This document shows, one piece after another, positions 10,184-20,410 of a stretch of 64,000 nucleotides of DNA; position 1 is the stretch's first letter; the number at the start of each line of letters is the position of its first letter. The stretch is from Pseudomonadota bacterium. Its GTDB lineage: Bacteria; Pseudomonadota; Alphaproteobacteria; Paracaedibacterales; CAIOTO01. Location of the stretch: the NCBI GenBank assembly GCA_040387495.1, contig JAZKDQ010000003.1, positions 124,001 through 188,000 of the forward strand, in the 5' to 3' direction. The position numbers and the translations under genes were made by a program. The notes beneath the pieces are model-generated. The model had not been told where the DNA came from and did no database searches. It saw nothing but the letters and a program-made list of their open reading frames with translations.

Positions 10184-10385
10184 GATTTTACAAAGTAGCC
10201 CTTCAATATTCTGCATTTTTAACACGAGATCTTTTTTCACAGTGTGAAGTTTTTGCGGCTTATTTTTTCTTGCTTCATCAATTTTTAAACTCTGCAACGT
10301 TAGCTTCACGAACACTGAATCGTTAAATATTCTAATGCAAAAAATATTTTAACAATAATCATCTTCATTCAAAAGAAAGAATAAA

Positions 10386-11123
10386 ATGAATAATAGCAAC
10401 CAAATTACAGATGCTAATCACAAAAAACTTTACGCACTTAGCATGCTTGCCTTGAGTTTTACATCTATACATGCGTATGCAGAACAGTCCCCTCAAAAGG
10501 GACTGCAGGCAAACAAAAACCAGGAATCAAATGACGCTATTTATGCGAAAGAAGAGAAAGAAAAGCTTGAAGAAGCAAAGAGTAAAGCAGGTGACGCAAT
10601 AGACGCTGGCAAAGAAAAAACAAAAGAACTCTATAAAAACGGTAAAGAAAAAGCAGGAGATGCTTTAGAAAAGGGTACTGATATGATTAAAGAAGCAAAG
10701 AGTAAAGCAGGTGACGCAATAGACGCTGGCAAAGAAAAATCAAAAGAACTCTATAAAAACGGTAAAGAAAAAGCAGGAGATGCTTTAGAAAAGGGTACTG
10801 ATATGATTAAAGAAGCAAAGAGTAAAGCGGGTGATGCAATAGACGCTGGCAAAGAAAAATCAAAAGAGCTCTATGAAAAGGGTAAAGAAAAAGCAGAAGA
10901 TGCTTTAGAAAAGGATGCTCATATGGCTAAAGAAGCAAAGAGTAAAGCGGTTGATGCAATAGACGCAAGCAAAGAAAAATCAAAAGAGCTTTATGAAAAG
11001 GGTAAAGAAAAATCCAAGGGATTCTATGAAAGATGCAAAGAAAAAATTATAGATGCTTATAAAAGTATTAAAAACAAAATAATAGGTGCTCCCGTTCATA
11101 CTATCACTAAGAACCCTGAATAA
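10386..11123 (+). CDS. secreted LEA/apolipoprotein-like 11-mer repeat protein
   Basis: Signal peptide; 40-aa unit EAKSKAGDAIDAGKEKSKELYKNGKEKAGDALEKGTDMIK. Confidence 0.85.
   Translation: MNNSNQITDANHKKLYALSMLALSFTSIHAYAEQSPQKGLQANKNQESNDAIYAKEEKEKLEEAKSKAGDAIDAGKEKTKELYKNGKEKAGDALEKGTDMIKEAKSKAGDAIDAGKEKSKELYKNGKEKAGDALEKGTDMIKEAKSKAGDAIDAGKEKSKELYEKGKEKAEDALEKDAHMAKEAKSKAVDAIDASKEKSKELYEKGKEKSKGFYERCKEKIIDAYKSIKNKIIGAPVHTITKNPE
10571..11012 (+). repeat. 120-bp in-frame tandem repeat, ~3.7 copies
   Basis: Units start at 10571, 10691, 10811 and 10931 with agaagcaaagagtaaagc. Confidence 0.95.
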
Positions 11124-11295
11124 GCCGGATAGAAAAATATTTCAGAGATATGCAATGTCGCGGTTGTCATGCCCGGCATTGTTACTCAAAAGAAAATCAA
11201 GCAATATTTGCCATTTTAGGTATTTGACACAGTTCAGTGAACGGTCTCTCTTCAGGTGATGTTCGATAAGTGCGTAACATATAAAATGTAATTTT

Positions 11296-12096
11296 TTATT
11301 TTACATGCCGCCAAATACGACGCATGGTTGCATAAAATAAACCACTCATGAGCAGTAAATATAGAAATACCTTTACCCCTAATTGTTTGCGTGCTTCCAT
11401 TTCAGGTTCAGCTGTCCATGCTAAAAAGGTAACAATATCTTTTGCCATTTGATCAACGCTTGCAACTGTACCGTCACTGTATGTAACTTGCCCATCACGA
11501 AGTGGCGGTGCCATTGAAATTTCATGGCCTGGGAAATAGGTGTTATAGTAGCGTCCGGCCTCAATCATTTTGTTAGTCGGTGGTTTTACATATCCTGTTA
11601 ATAATGCATGTATATAGTCAGCGCCGCCAACACGTGCTTTTACAATCAACGATAAATCAGGTGGTAATGCGCCATTGTTTGCAGTGCGTGCGGCATTGTC
11701 ATTAGGGAAGGGGCCTGCCATAGCGTCTTTTGGCAATGCTGGGCGATCAAACATCTTTCCTTCTGTATTAGGGCCATCCTGAATAAGATGTTCTGCTGCG
11801 AGAGCCTTAATGGCTGCTTCTGAAAAACCAAACGCATTTAGGTTGCGGTAAGAAACACGCTTAATTCCATGGCATGCGGCACAAACTTCTTTGTAAACTT
11901 GATAGCCGCGTTGTAGTTGGTCACGTTTGAACACGCCAAAAAGACTAGTAAAGGTCCAATCAACTTTTGGTAATGCTGACGCGTGATGTGCTTCGTTTGC
12001 GTAAGTATTATTGATAAAGATGTGGTTGCTAAAATAGGAAATTGTTAAAAGCAATGAGAAGATAATGCGTGTTTTCATAAAAATATAATAGTACAT
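11296..12096 (-). CDS. petC: cytochrome c1
   Basis: LQRGYQVYKEVCAACHG (CxxCH), ANNGALPPDLSL, ISMAPPL, FLAWTAEP, C-terminal TM helix. Confidence 0.96.
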   Translation of the reverse strand: MYYYIFMKTRIIFSLLLTISYFSNHIFINNTYANEAHHASALPKVDWTFTSLFGVFKRDQLQRGYQVYKEVCAACHGIKRVSYRNLNAFGFSEAAIKALAAEHLIQDGPNTEGKMFDRPALPKDAMAGPFPNDNAARTANNGALPPDLSLIVKARVGGADYIHALLTGYVKPPTNKMIEAGRYYNTYFPGHEISMAPPLRDGQVTYSDGTVASVDQMAKDIVTFLAWTAEPEMEARKQLGVKVFLYLLLMSGLFYATMRRIWRHVK

Positions 12097-12297
12097 ACGT
12101 TTTGTTGCGTTAGTAAAACTTTAGCAAATTTATAAGATAAATGCTTTTGAAAAATAGAGTTGTTGACATGTAGGGCGAGCGGACCCAGCAAAACACATTA
12201 ATTTTAGGTAAACTTTGTATTCATAGTTGCAATCTATGAAGTAGGGTGCATAAAGTAGTGTATGTATGTCAATTGAGCGGTAAGAGTTTTTTAATTT

Positions 12298-13131
12298 GTG
12301 AAAATTAATTGTCCCCATTGCCAATGTGCTTATGATCTCGAGCCTGTCAAAATGCCTGCCCCTAAATATAATGCTACGCATGAGTCGTGGGGCTGGAAAT
12401 TTGAATGTGCTGCGTGTGATCACCAATGGTGGTTGAAGCTTGTTAATGAAGATGATGTAGCAACCCGACGTACTGCTACATACGATGGCCACATTGATAC
12501 TCGTTTTTATGATAATCGTTACCAGGATCTTGGTAAACGAAGTAAAAAAGGCGACTCTTTTACAGAAGAAATCAAGAATCTTCCAATCGTTGTGCCTAAG
12601 CTCCCTAAAGAACGTGTTGAGCGACTCGTGCCTCCACCATTACCAAGACATGGTGTCGAGGAGTACTTTAACCGTCAAAAAAATGAATCATCCTCATTAT
12701 TTTGGATATCTGTTCTGGTTCTATCTCTTGTTTTGTCGGGTATTGTCTATATGTATCGCGATGTCTTTTATCAAAAGTGGCAAAACTTAAAACACCACCA
12801 TTCTATGCAAATGTCTGCAATGTCTCTGCCGCTTAACGTTAAACATGTTCAGTGGGATAAGGCTACTATGCCTGATGGACGTATTAAAATAGCTGTCATT
12901 GGTGAAGTGCTGAACCAAAATAGTGTTGTTTCAAGGCTGAGGCCTCTTCACATATCTGCATGGGGACCTTGTGATTCTGCAAATAAGAAGTCACCTAGAT
13001 GCTTAATTGGCGGATCATTATATGATTTTACAAAAGCAATAATTTTGCCTGAAGAACACTTGTCTTTCCAGATGTCTTGGGTTTTACCAAAAGAAAGCAT
13101 TGTGACAGAGGTGGATGTGACCCTGCAATAA
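12298..13131 (+). CDS. zinc-ribbon (MJ0042-like) single-pass membrane protein, DUF3426-like
   Basis: N-terminal CPHC...CAAC, one TM segment, C-terminal beta-rich domain. Confidence 0.7.
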   Translation: MKINCPHCQCAYDLEPVKMPAPKYNATHESWGWKFECAACDHQWWLKLVNEDDVATRRTATYDGHIDTRFYDNRYQDLGKRSKKGDSFTEEIKNLPIVVPKLPKERVERLVPPPLPRHGVEEYFNRQKNESSSLFWISVLVLSLVLSGIVYMYRDVFYQKWQNLKHHHSMQMSAMSLPLNVKHVQWDKATMPDGRIKIAVIGEVLNQNSVVSRLRPLHISAWGPCDSANKKSPRCLIGGSLYDFTKAIILPEEHLSFQMSWVLPKESIVTEVDVTLQ

Positions 13132-13272
13132 GATATTGTTTGTATAATAAAGTTGTGAAAATTGAGATGAAATTAAATTTTTACCTTTTTAACCTAAATT
13201 AGAGATCCCGTCGTATTCCATTAACCAAAAATATGTTATAGTTTCATTAAAGCGATTAGTTGGAGAAAAATT

Positions 13273-15693
13273 ATGAGCAAAAAAAAATCAACAATTTATC
13301 CAGTCCTTCCTTTGCGCGACATAGTGGTTTTTCCACATATGATTGTTCCTTTATTTGTGGGCCGCTTAAAATCAGTAGCCGCACTTGAAAAGGTAATGCG
13401 TGGTGAAGATAAACAAATCTTATTGGTAACGCAAGAAAACCCATCTAAAGACGATCCTACTGCGGATGAACTTTATACCGTTGGGACACTTGGTAATATC
13501 ATTCAGTTGTTAAAACTACCCGATGGCACAGTTAAGGTGTTAGTTGAAGGTGTTAGCCGCATGAATATATTGGCGCTTCATGATGGAGAGCAGTATATGA
13601 GCGCAACTGCTGAGCCGCTTATTGAATCTTTGAATTATACGCCTGAACTTGAAGCAATGCTGCGAACTGTTGTGAGTGAGTTTGAACAATATATTAAAAT
13701 GAATCGGAAAATACCACCAGATGTGCTTGTGGGTATTCATCAAATTGATGATCCTGCGAAGCTTGCTGATACGATTGCGTCTTACTTTACACTTAAAATT
13801 AATGAAAAGCAGGAATTGTTAGAGACAGTTGATGTTAATGAGCGTCTTGAGAAAGTATTAAACTTTATCGAGGGCGAATCTACACTTATGGATGTCGAAA
13901 ATAAGATACGCACTCGTGTTAAGAAGCAAATGGAAAAAACACAGCGTGAATATTACCTTAACGAGCAATTAAAGGCTATCAATAAAGAGCTAGGTGATGG
14001 TGAGGAAAGCCGTGATGAGCTTGCTGAGCTTGAAGATAAAATCAAAAAACTCAAGCTTCCTAAAGATGTACACGTGCGTGCAACCAGTGAATTAAAAAAG
14101 CTTAAAATGATGAATCATTCATCGGCAGAAGCAACAGTGGTTCGAAATTATCTCGATTGGATTGTATCAATTCCTTGGAAACAAAAAAGCAAAATCAGAA
14201 AAGACCTAATTCACGCTGAAAAGATACTTGATGATGATCATTTTGGCTTGGATAAAGTTAAAGAGCGCATACTTGAATATTTAGCAGTACAATCACGCGT
14301 TGGAAAAGTTAAAAGTCAAATTTTATGTTTAGTAGGGCCGCCTGGTGTTGGAAAAACATCTCTTGGTAAGTCTATGGCGAAGGCGACAGGACGTAATTTT
14401 GTGCGTATATCACTTGGTGGTGTTCGTGATGAATCAGAAATTCGTGGACATCGTAGAACATATGTAGGTTCAATGCCTGGTAAGATTATTCAAGGTATGA
14501 AAAAGGCCAAGGTATCAAACCCTCTCTTTTTATTGGATGAAATTGATAAACTTGGTAATGATTATCGCGGAGATCCTGCGTCTGCATTACTTGAGGTTTT
14601 AGATCCGGAACAGAACTCAGCCTTTAATGATCATTATCTTGAAGTGGATTATGATTTATCGGATGTTATGTTTGTAACAACAGCAAACTCACTTAATATG
14701 CCGCAACCGCTTCTTGATCGCATGGAAGTGATTCGTCTTTCTGGCTACACAGAAGATGAAAAGTTGCAGATTGCGAAACAGCATCTTGTGGAAAAGCAAC
14801 AAACATTGCATGGATTGAAACCTGAAGAATTCTCGATTGATGATGCATCCCTCATTCAGCTTATTCGTCGTTATACACGCGAAGCTGGCGTGCGTAATTT
14901 AGAGCGTGAAATTGCTAAATTAGCGCGCAAATCTATTCGTGAAATTGTGAGAGATAAAGTAACTTCAGTCCATATTACACGTGATAATTTGGAAAAGTAT
15001 GCATCTGTTCCAAGACATAGTTATGGCGAGATTGAAGAGACTGACCTTGTTGGTGTCACAACAGGCCTTGCATGGACAGAGGTTGGTGGTGAAATTTTGT
15101 CGATTGAATCTGTTATCGTTCCAGGTAAAGGGGCAATTCGTATCACAGGTAAGCTTGGTGATGTAATGCAAGAATCAACGCAAGCCGCGCTTAGTTATGT
15201 GAGGTCACGCGCACATCTATTTGGTTTGCATGCTTCTGTTTTTGAAAAGAAAGATATTCATATTCATGTGCCAGAAGGTGGAACACCTAAAGATGGACCA
15301 TCAGCAGGTATAACCATGTGTACGTCTATTGTTTCTGCGTTTACAGGAATTCCTGTTCGTAGAGATGTGGCTATGACAGGTGAAGTTACACTTCGGGGGC
15401 GTGTTCTGCCGATTGGTGGACTTAAGGAAAAATTATTGGCTGCACATCGTGGTGGAATTAAAACAGTTATTATTCCTTATGAAAATAAACGTGATTTGCC
15501 AGAGATTCCAGACAATATCAAAGGTGATTTAACGATCATTCCAGTAAAAACAGTTGATGAGGTGTTGAATATTGCGCTTGCGCGTCATCCTGTAGCCATT
15601 TCAATAAGTGAATCGGATGATTTAGAAAGCCGTTTAGCAAAAATCAATATGGCGCGACCTATTAATGTTGAGGAGTCTCGTACATTGATGTAG
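13273..15693 (+). CDS. lon: ATP-dependent Lon protease
   Basis: [38 protein letters not shown]. Confidence 0.98.
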   Translation: MSKKKSTIYPVLPLRDIVVFPHMIVPLFVGRLKSVAALEKVMRGEDKQILLVTQENPSKDDPTADELYTVGTLGNIIQLLKLPDGTVKVLVEGVSRMNILALHDGEQYMSATAEPLIESLNYTPELEAMLRTVVSEFEQYIKMNRKIPPDVLVGIHQIDDPAKLADTIASYFTLKINEKQELLETVDVNERLEKVLNFIEGESTLMDVENKIRTRVKKQMEKTQREYYLNEQLKAINKELGDGEESRDELAELEDKIKKLKLPKDVHVRATSELKKLKMMNHSSAEATVVRNYLDWIVSIPWKQKSKIRKDLIHAEKILDDDHFGLDKVKERILEYLAVQSRVGKVKSQILCLVGPPGVGKTSLGKSMAKATGRNFVRISLGGVRDESEIRGHRRTYVGSMPGKIIQGMKKAKVSNPLFLLDEIDKLGNDYRGDPASALLEVLDPEQNSAFNDHYLEVDYDLSDVMFVTTANSLNMPQPLLDRMEVIRLSGYTEDEKLQIAKQHLVEKQQTLHGLKPEEFSIDDASLIQLIRRYTREAGVRNLEREIAKLARKSIREIVRDKVTSVHITRDNLEKYASVPRHSYGEIEETDLVGVTTGLAWTEVGGEILSIESVIVPGKGAIRITGKLGDVMQESTQAALSYVRSRAHLFGLHASVFEKKDIHIHVPEGGTPKDGPSAGITMCTSIVSAFTGIPVRRDVAMTGEVTLRGRVLPIGGLKEKLLAAHRGGIKTVIIPYENKRDLPEIPDNIKGDLTIIPVKTVDEVLNIALARHPVAISISESDDLESRLAKINMARPINVEESRTLM

Positions 15694-15767
15694 AAATGGA
15701 GTGAAATCTTTGTATGCCTAAAAACTGAATGGTATGCAAAGTTGTAACCACTGCAAATCGAAAACAA

Positions 15768-15939
15768 TGATAAAAAAGACCCTCATTATTGCTAACGAGG
15801 GTCTTTGTTTTTAGAAGAGCGAGCTCCTCTTAGTCGGTTTCCCGATACAATTGCTTAATAACCTTCACGGTCCACACACTTGCGCATTAATTTACGATAG
15901 CGACGGTCAGCCTCTGGCTGTTCCCGTAAACGCTTTTCA
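15768..15939 (-). repeat. direct-repeat copy of the rpsU 3' end plus 3' UTR and terminator
   Basis: Ungapped match to 16867-17038 (offset 1099), 15 mismatches in 172 bp by manual alignment. Confidence 0.95.
15772..15806 (-). terminator. intrinsic terminator (duplicated copy), between convergent lon and the ankyrin gene
   Basis: AAAGACCCTCGTTA-GCAA-TAATGAGGGTCTTTTTT on the minus strand. Confidence 0.85.
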
Positions 15940-16640
15940 TTTTTCTTCTTCTTCGAGGAAAAAGCCTTCTTTCTCTGCCATAAGGCTGAATTTGTTGTGG
16001 ATAAATCTGGTTAGCGATTGGCCGCATTTTTCATGAAGGAATTCTTCTACATTAAAATTCTTATATACGAGTGCTAACCATACAATTTCTTGGGTAGGTT
16101 TAACATTCTTCTCCTTATATAAAAATTCTATAATTTTAGTGCATCCTTTAGATGCAGCGAAATGCATCAATGTTTTGTTGGCAGATAGATTCTTATGAGT
16201 GTTTATATAGTTACCATACAGATCCAGACCACTATAATTCAAATTAATACCAGGAATAGGGGAACTACAGTCAAAATTTAACCCATTAGGGATTTCTGAT
16301 AGCACCTGCTTAAGCGAATCCAAATTGCTTTTTTCAACAGCCTTTCTTGCTTTTTGGTAATAGGGGGCAAGTGTCTCGTCGTGAGTTTTAGGTCCATAAC
16401 ACTCAATATAATTAATTGACTCTAAATCATTATTATCTTGAGCAGCTTGTTCTTGGTTTTTTTTATTTCTTCTAGAGCTTTATTAGCTCTTTCTGCCCTA
16501 ATTGTTTGATTTTCATCCTGAATACTTAGCGTTATAGCCTTCTTTAATTGTTCCTCATCTTCATCATTTTTATACTGCTGCGCACAAAAACTATTTCCAC
16601 TAATAAATATAGTTATTAAAAATAATGCTATTTTTTTCAT
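15937..16640 (-). pseudogene. signal peptide-UIM-ankyrin-like protein split by a one-base frameshift at an A8 run
   Basis: ORFs 16422-16640 and 15937-16323 join into 234 aa if the A8 (T8 at 16457-16464) becomes A9; DEDEEQLKKAITLSIQDE (UIM-like); TLMHFAASKGCTKIIEFL (ankyrin-like). Confidence 0.75.
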
Positions 16641-16870
16641 AATATATCTCTTTTAAATTTGTTTATCTATATATTATGATATAATGGATAAATAATGAAT
16701 TTTCAAGAGATAAATTAAATAAATATTGAGTCAGTTGTATTTTTGGTGATAGCGAATGCAAAAGCTTGGTCTCTTTGCAAATTCAACTGCAAACGTTCAA
16801 AGTGTGAGAAAATTAACTAAAGATTGATAATATTTTACAAAAGTATAATCATTGAAACTTGCATGTTGAT

Positions 16871-16905
16871 AAAAAAGACCCCCGTTATTACTAACGAGGG
16901 TCTTT
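16871..16905 (-). terminator. rpsU intrinsic terminator
   Basis: AAAGACCCTCGTTA-GTAA-TAACGGGGGTCTTTTTT on the minus strand. Confidence 0.88.
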
Positions 16906-16953
16906 GCTTTTGAAAGAGTGAACTCTTCCTAGTCGGTTTCCCGATACAATTGC

Positions 16954-17157
16954 TTAATAACCTTCACGGTCCATACGCTTGCGCATTAATTTACGATAGC
17001 GACGGCCAGCCTCTGACTGTTCGCGTAAACGCTTTTCAGATGGCTTTTCGAAGTGACGACGTAATTTCATTTCACGATATACGCCTTCACGTTGCATCTT
17101 CTTTTTTAATGCACGTAGGGCTTGGTCAACGTTATTGTCACGAACTTGTACTTCCAC
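16954..17157 (-). CDS. rpsU: 30S ribosomal protein S21
   Basis: [34 protein letters not shown] start with AAGGAGGT SD. Confidence 0.97.
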   Translation of the reverse strand: MEVQVRDNNVDQALRALKKKMQREGVYREMKLRRHFEKPSEKRLREQSEAGRRYRKLMRKRMDREGY

Positions 17158-17275
17158 GGAAAATCGACCTCCTTTCTAATGTAAATACATAACTTAAAAA
17201 ACAATCATAGCAGGTTTTTGCCTATTGATTCAATCTGTATTTTTATAAATGGATAAAATTAAGGCGCATGATGAT

Positions 17276-17304
17276 AAAAAAATACTCGGGACAGCCCCGA
17301 GTAT
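17276..17304 (-). terminator. ctrA terminator
   Basis: atactcggg-gctgt-cccgagtat plus T run on the minus strand. Confidence 0.8.
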
Positions 17305-17326
17305 AATAATTATTTCATAGATTTAA

Positions 17327-18154
17327 TTAGTTATATAGTTCGTCTGCGGTTTGTGGTGGAACCGCGCCAAGAGGTATTTTAATTTTTGCGTCGTTATTTG
17401 ATGTTTCAGTCTGGCTTGATGCAGCTCGTACCTCCTGATTGGGAGCTCGAATTTGCATAATGGGAGCAGCATCGCTTTGTGATGGATCACGTAATACGTA
17501 CCCGCGACCCCAGACTGTTTCAATGCAATTGTCATCGCCAAGGGCTTCGGTTATTTTTCTGCGTAATTTACAAATAAATACGTCGATTATTTTGAGTTCT
17601 GGTTCGTCCATCCCGCCATAAAGATGATTTAAGAACATCTCTTTTGTGAGTGTAGTGCCTTTTCGGAGCGATAACAGTTCTAAAATTGCATATTCCTTGC
17701 CAGTGAGATTTATTGTATTTCCATCAACACTTGCTGTTCTGTTTTGAAGATTCACAACCATGCGACCTGTTTTAATCATAGAGTCACCATGACCACGTGA
17801 ACGGCGCACAATTGCATGCATGCGTGCTAATAACTCAATACGATTAAAAGGTTTGGTGAGATAATCATCAGCGCCAAAGCCAAGCCCTTTAACTTTATCA
17901 TCTATTTCACTTAATCCTGATAGAACAAGTACGGGGGTTTTGATTTGTGCGGCACGCAATCTACGTAACACTTCAAAGCCATCCATATCCGGTAATATTA
18001 AGTCTAATACAATTATGTCATATTCATATAACTTGCCAATTTCCAGGCCATCTTCACCTAAATCAGTTGTGTCTACAACAAAGCCTTCGCTAGTAAGCAT
18101 GTTTTCAATGCTTTTTGCGGTAGTTGAATCGTCTTCAATTAATAAAATACGCAC
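17327..18154 (-). CDS. ctrA: cell-cycle master response regulator CtrA
   Basis: [83 protein letters not shown]. Confidence 0.97.
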   Translation of the reverse strand: MRILLIEDDSTTAKSIENMLTSEGFVVDTTDLGEDGLEIGKLYEYDIIVLDLILPDMDGFEVLRRLRAAQIKTPVLVLSGLSEIDDKVKGLGFGADDYLTKPFNRIELLARMHAIVRRSRGHGDSMIKTGRMVVNLQNRTASVDGNTINLTGKEYAILELLSLRKGTTLTKEMFLNHLYGGMDEPELKIIDVFICKLRRKITEALGDDNCIETVWGRGYVLRDPSQSDAAPIMQIRAPNQEVRAASSQTETSNNDAKIKIPLGAVPPQTADELYN

Positions 18155-18264
18155 TATTTACTCCCCGAGAGTTTTTCGCTTATTAAAATGTTAACAAATT
18201 TTTTAAGAAAATTCGAATTAAATATTTTTTTATTTTAATTGAAATTTTAACAGTTTGTTTACTA

Positions 18265-18279
18265 TTAAATGTGGATTAA
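18265..18279. promoter_or_regulatory. CtrA-type box in the ctrA / repeat-protein divergent region
   Basis: Exact TTAA-atgtgga-TTAA; one-mismatch sites at about 18190-18205, 18247-18262 and 18402-18417. Confidence 0.6.
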
Positions 18280-18463
18280 TCTTTTGCTTATGTTTTTGTA
18301 AAATTATTCTAATTAGAATGGCTGGGTGAATGAAGTAATTCTAAGTTTCATTTGTTAATAAGTGTCATTGAGTGAAGAATGTAAAGGGTTTTAAATATAT
18401 TTTTATATTTTGTTAACTTTCTGTTGTTATTCTGTAACCTGGAAGGAATTATATTCAATTGTT

Positions 18464-20320
18464 ATGGTAAAGCGGAAAGTAACTTTATTGACGTTGTTTT
18501 TGTCACACCTGCTTCTAGCGAGCAACGTGAACGCCACGAGTATACAAGGTGTGGCAGTCAATCCATCATCGCAAACAACCCCAATATCTTCAGAGGTAAC
18601 AACACTATCTGGTGGAATTACTCAATCAATAGGACAATCGACAGACGCAAATTCTCCAGTGACTTCGCAGACCCAAGATATTGCAGAACTTAAGCGCCGT
18701 GCAGATGAATCCGATCAGAAAATAGTTAGGCTAGCGGTAGCGACTCAAGATTTGAAAGACACTTCAGACCAACTTAAGGTTAATATTTCTCAAATCTCAA
18801 ATCAACAAAATGTTGTGTCACAAACAACGGGTGCGACACAAATAACTACAAGTGCGAATAATGTGGTGAGCGGCATAACACAATCTGCTGGTGCAACTGG
18901 TATGGCGGGGATTTTAGGTATTAGCCCAACAACAACGCAAGCAGGAATAAATAATGGAGCGAATACGAGTGCTTCTCCATCAAATAATACGTTAAGTGTC
19001 GCAAGTATTTTAGGGATACCAAATGCAAATTCTGCGACATCTACGCAAGGTGTAAGTGCAGCTGTAAATGGTGCTGTAACACAGGCAGCAGGTTCTCCAG
19101 CGTTGGTAGCGGGAATAACTTCACCCAATATTATACCTGCTACGGTTGTGCAGCCTCCTTCTGTAGATGCAGTTAATACAACACCGCAAAGAAATACTGT
19201 GTATCCACCACCTGGAGATTACCCACCATCGCCACCTGGTTATCCTCCACCTGGCTACTATCCGCCACCACCTAATTATTATCCGCCAACTGCTTATTAT
19301 CATCAAGCAGGCTCGGGTGTGATGCAATCTATTCCAGATTCTAAGCAAAGTAATGTCACTCAAACACAGTCAGCCACACAGCCTGGCGCGATGCAACCAA
19401 ATTTACCGCAGGGGGGTGGCTCCCCTGGTTATAATCCTCCTGTGCCTGGTTATTATCCATATATGGCTCAGCAACAAGGTATTCCAGCGCAAAATTATCC
19501 AAGTTATCCTCCGCCTGGTTATTATCCATGCCAACCTGGTTATCCACCACCTGGTTCAGTGCCACCTGTTTATCAAGGAACTCAAATATCTCCGGGAATA
19601 GCTGATGCTTCAAATGCTACTGCACCATCAACTTCAGCTGGTGCAACTACAATGCCTGTTTCTGCTGGTGCAACTACAGCACCTACTGCTTTAGCAGTTC
19701 CTGCACCTGTAGTTAGTCAAATTGCAGATATTTTAAGTAGTAAGCTGTTTGGTAGTGGATCAGCGACCTCCAGTAGTTCTGCGGTAGTGGCTGCTCCAGC
19801 GGTCACTCCAGAACAGGCTGCATATGCTGCTGCACAAGGAGCACCTGGAGTTGGATTGCCTGGAGCACCTAGAGTTGGATTGCCTGGAGCACCTGGAGTT
19901 GGATTGCCTGGAGCACCTGGGGTTGGATTGCCTGGAGCACCTGGCGCTGGATTGCCTGGAGCACCTGGAGTTGGATTGCCTGGAGCACCTGGCGCTGGAT
20001 TGCCTGGAACACCTGGGGTTGGATTGCCTGGGGCTCCACTACCCAGTCAGGCAGTTAGTGGGCAACAGGCAATAGTGAAACCACCAGTTATTACGTTGCA
20101 AGAAAGTTTGAGACAACGAGAGATTCTAAAACAACAACCGGCTTCTGCTCAGAACCCAGGTTCAAACATACAAGCACCTCCTAATGTGAATGGAACAAAT
20201 ACAGGGGCTGAACAAACAGCTGTACAATCAGCACCGACGACTGTTACAACTTCTGCTGCAATGACAACTCCTTCGGCGGCGTCAGTTGCATCTAATATTA
20301 TTGGGCAGTTTTTTAATTAA
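18464..20320 (+). CDS. secreted low-complexity protein with Pro/Tyr/Gly motifs and GAPGVGLP repeats
   Basis: Long ORF (track start 18410; ATG 18464 gives a signal-like N-terminus); short coiled coil, YPPPGYY blocks, octapeptide repeats. Confidence 0.85.
   Translation: MVKRKVTLLTLFLSHLLLASNVNATSIQGVAVNPSSQTTPISSEVTTLSGGITQSIGQSTDANSPVTSQTQDIAELKRRADESDQKIVRLAVATQDLKDTSDQLKVNISQISNQQNVVSQTTGATQITTSANNVVSGITQSAGATGMAGILGISPTTTQAGINNGANTSASPSNNTLSVASILGIPNANSATSTQGVSAAVNGAVTQAAGSPALVAGITSPNIIPATVVQPPSVDAVNTTPQRNTVYPPPGDYPPSPPGYPPPGYYPPPPNYYPPTAYYHQAGSGVMQSIPDSKQSNVTQTQSATQPGAMQPNLPQGGGSPGYNPPVPGYYPYMAQQQGIPAQNYPSYPPPGYYPCQPGYPPPGSVPPVYQGTQISPGIADASNATAPSTSAGATTMPVSAGATTAPTALAVPAPVVSQIADILSSKLFGSGSATSSSSAVVAAPAVTPEQAAYAAAQGAPGVGLPGAPRVGLPGAPGVGLPGAPGVGLPGAPGAGLPGAPGVGLPGAPGAGLPGTPGVGLPGAPLPSQAVSGQQAIVKPPVITLQESLRQREILKQQPASAQNPGSNIQAPPNVNGTNTGAEQTAVQSAPTTVTTSAAMTTPSAASVASNIIGQFFN
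19838..20029 (+). repeat. 24-bp in-frame tandem repeat x8 (GAPGVGLP)
   Basis: ggagcacctggagttggattgcct and minor variants. Confidence 0.96.
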
Positions 20321-20334
20321 TATTGCATAACATT

Positions 20335-20350
20335 TTAACCATTTTTTAAC
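20335..20350 (+). promoter_or_regulatory. CtrA-type box TTAA-ccatttt-TTAAC
   Basis: Full TTAA-N7-TTAAC consensus, ~62 bp upstream of the start at 20411. Confidence 0.65.
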
Positions 20351-20410
20351 ATTTATATCCTTATTCTAAAAATATGATAATAATAAATTGTATTTATTGA
20401 GGTAAAGTTA

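Noticed and set aside
15851..17192. Two similar plus-strand ORFs starting MLNNLHGP (15851, 16950)
   Set aside because: Antisense shadows of rpsU and its duplicated 3' end, not a gene family.
19824..20075. ORF with (LEHLELDC)n resembling a leucine-rich repeat
   Set aside because: Alternative frame of the 24-bp repeat inside the long Pro/Gly ORF; no independent evidence.
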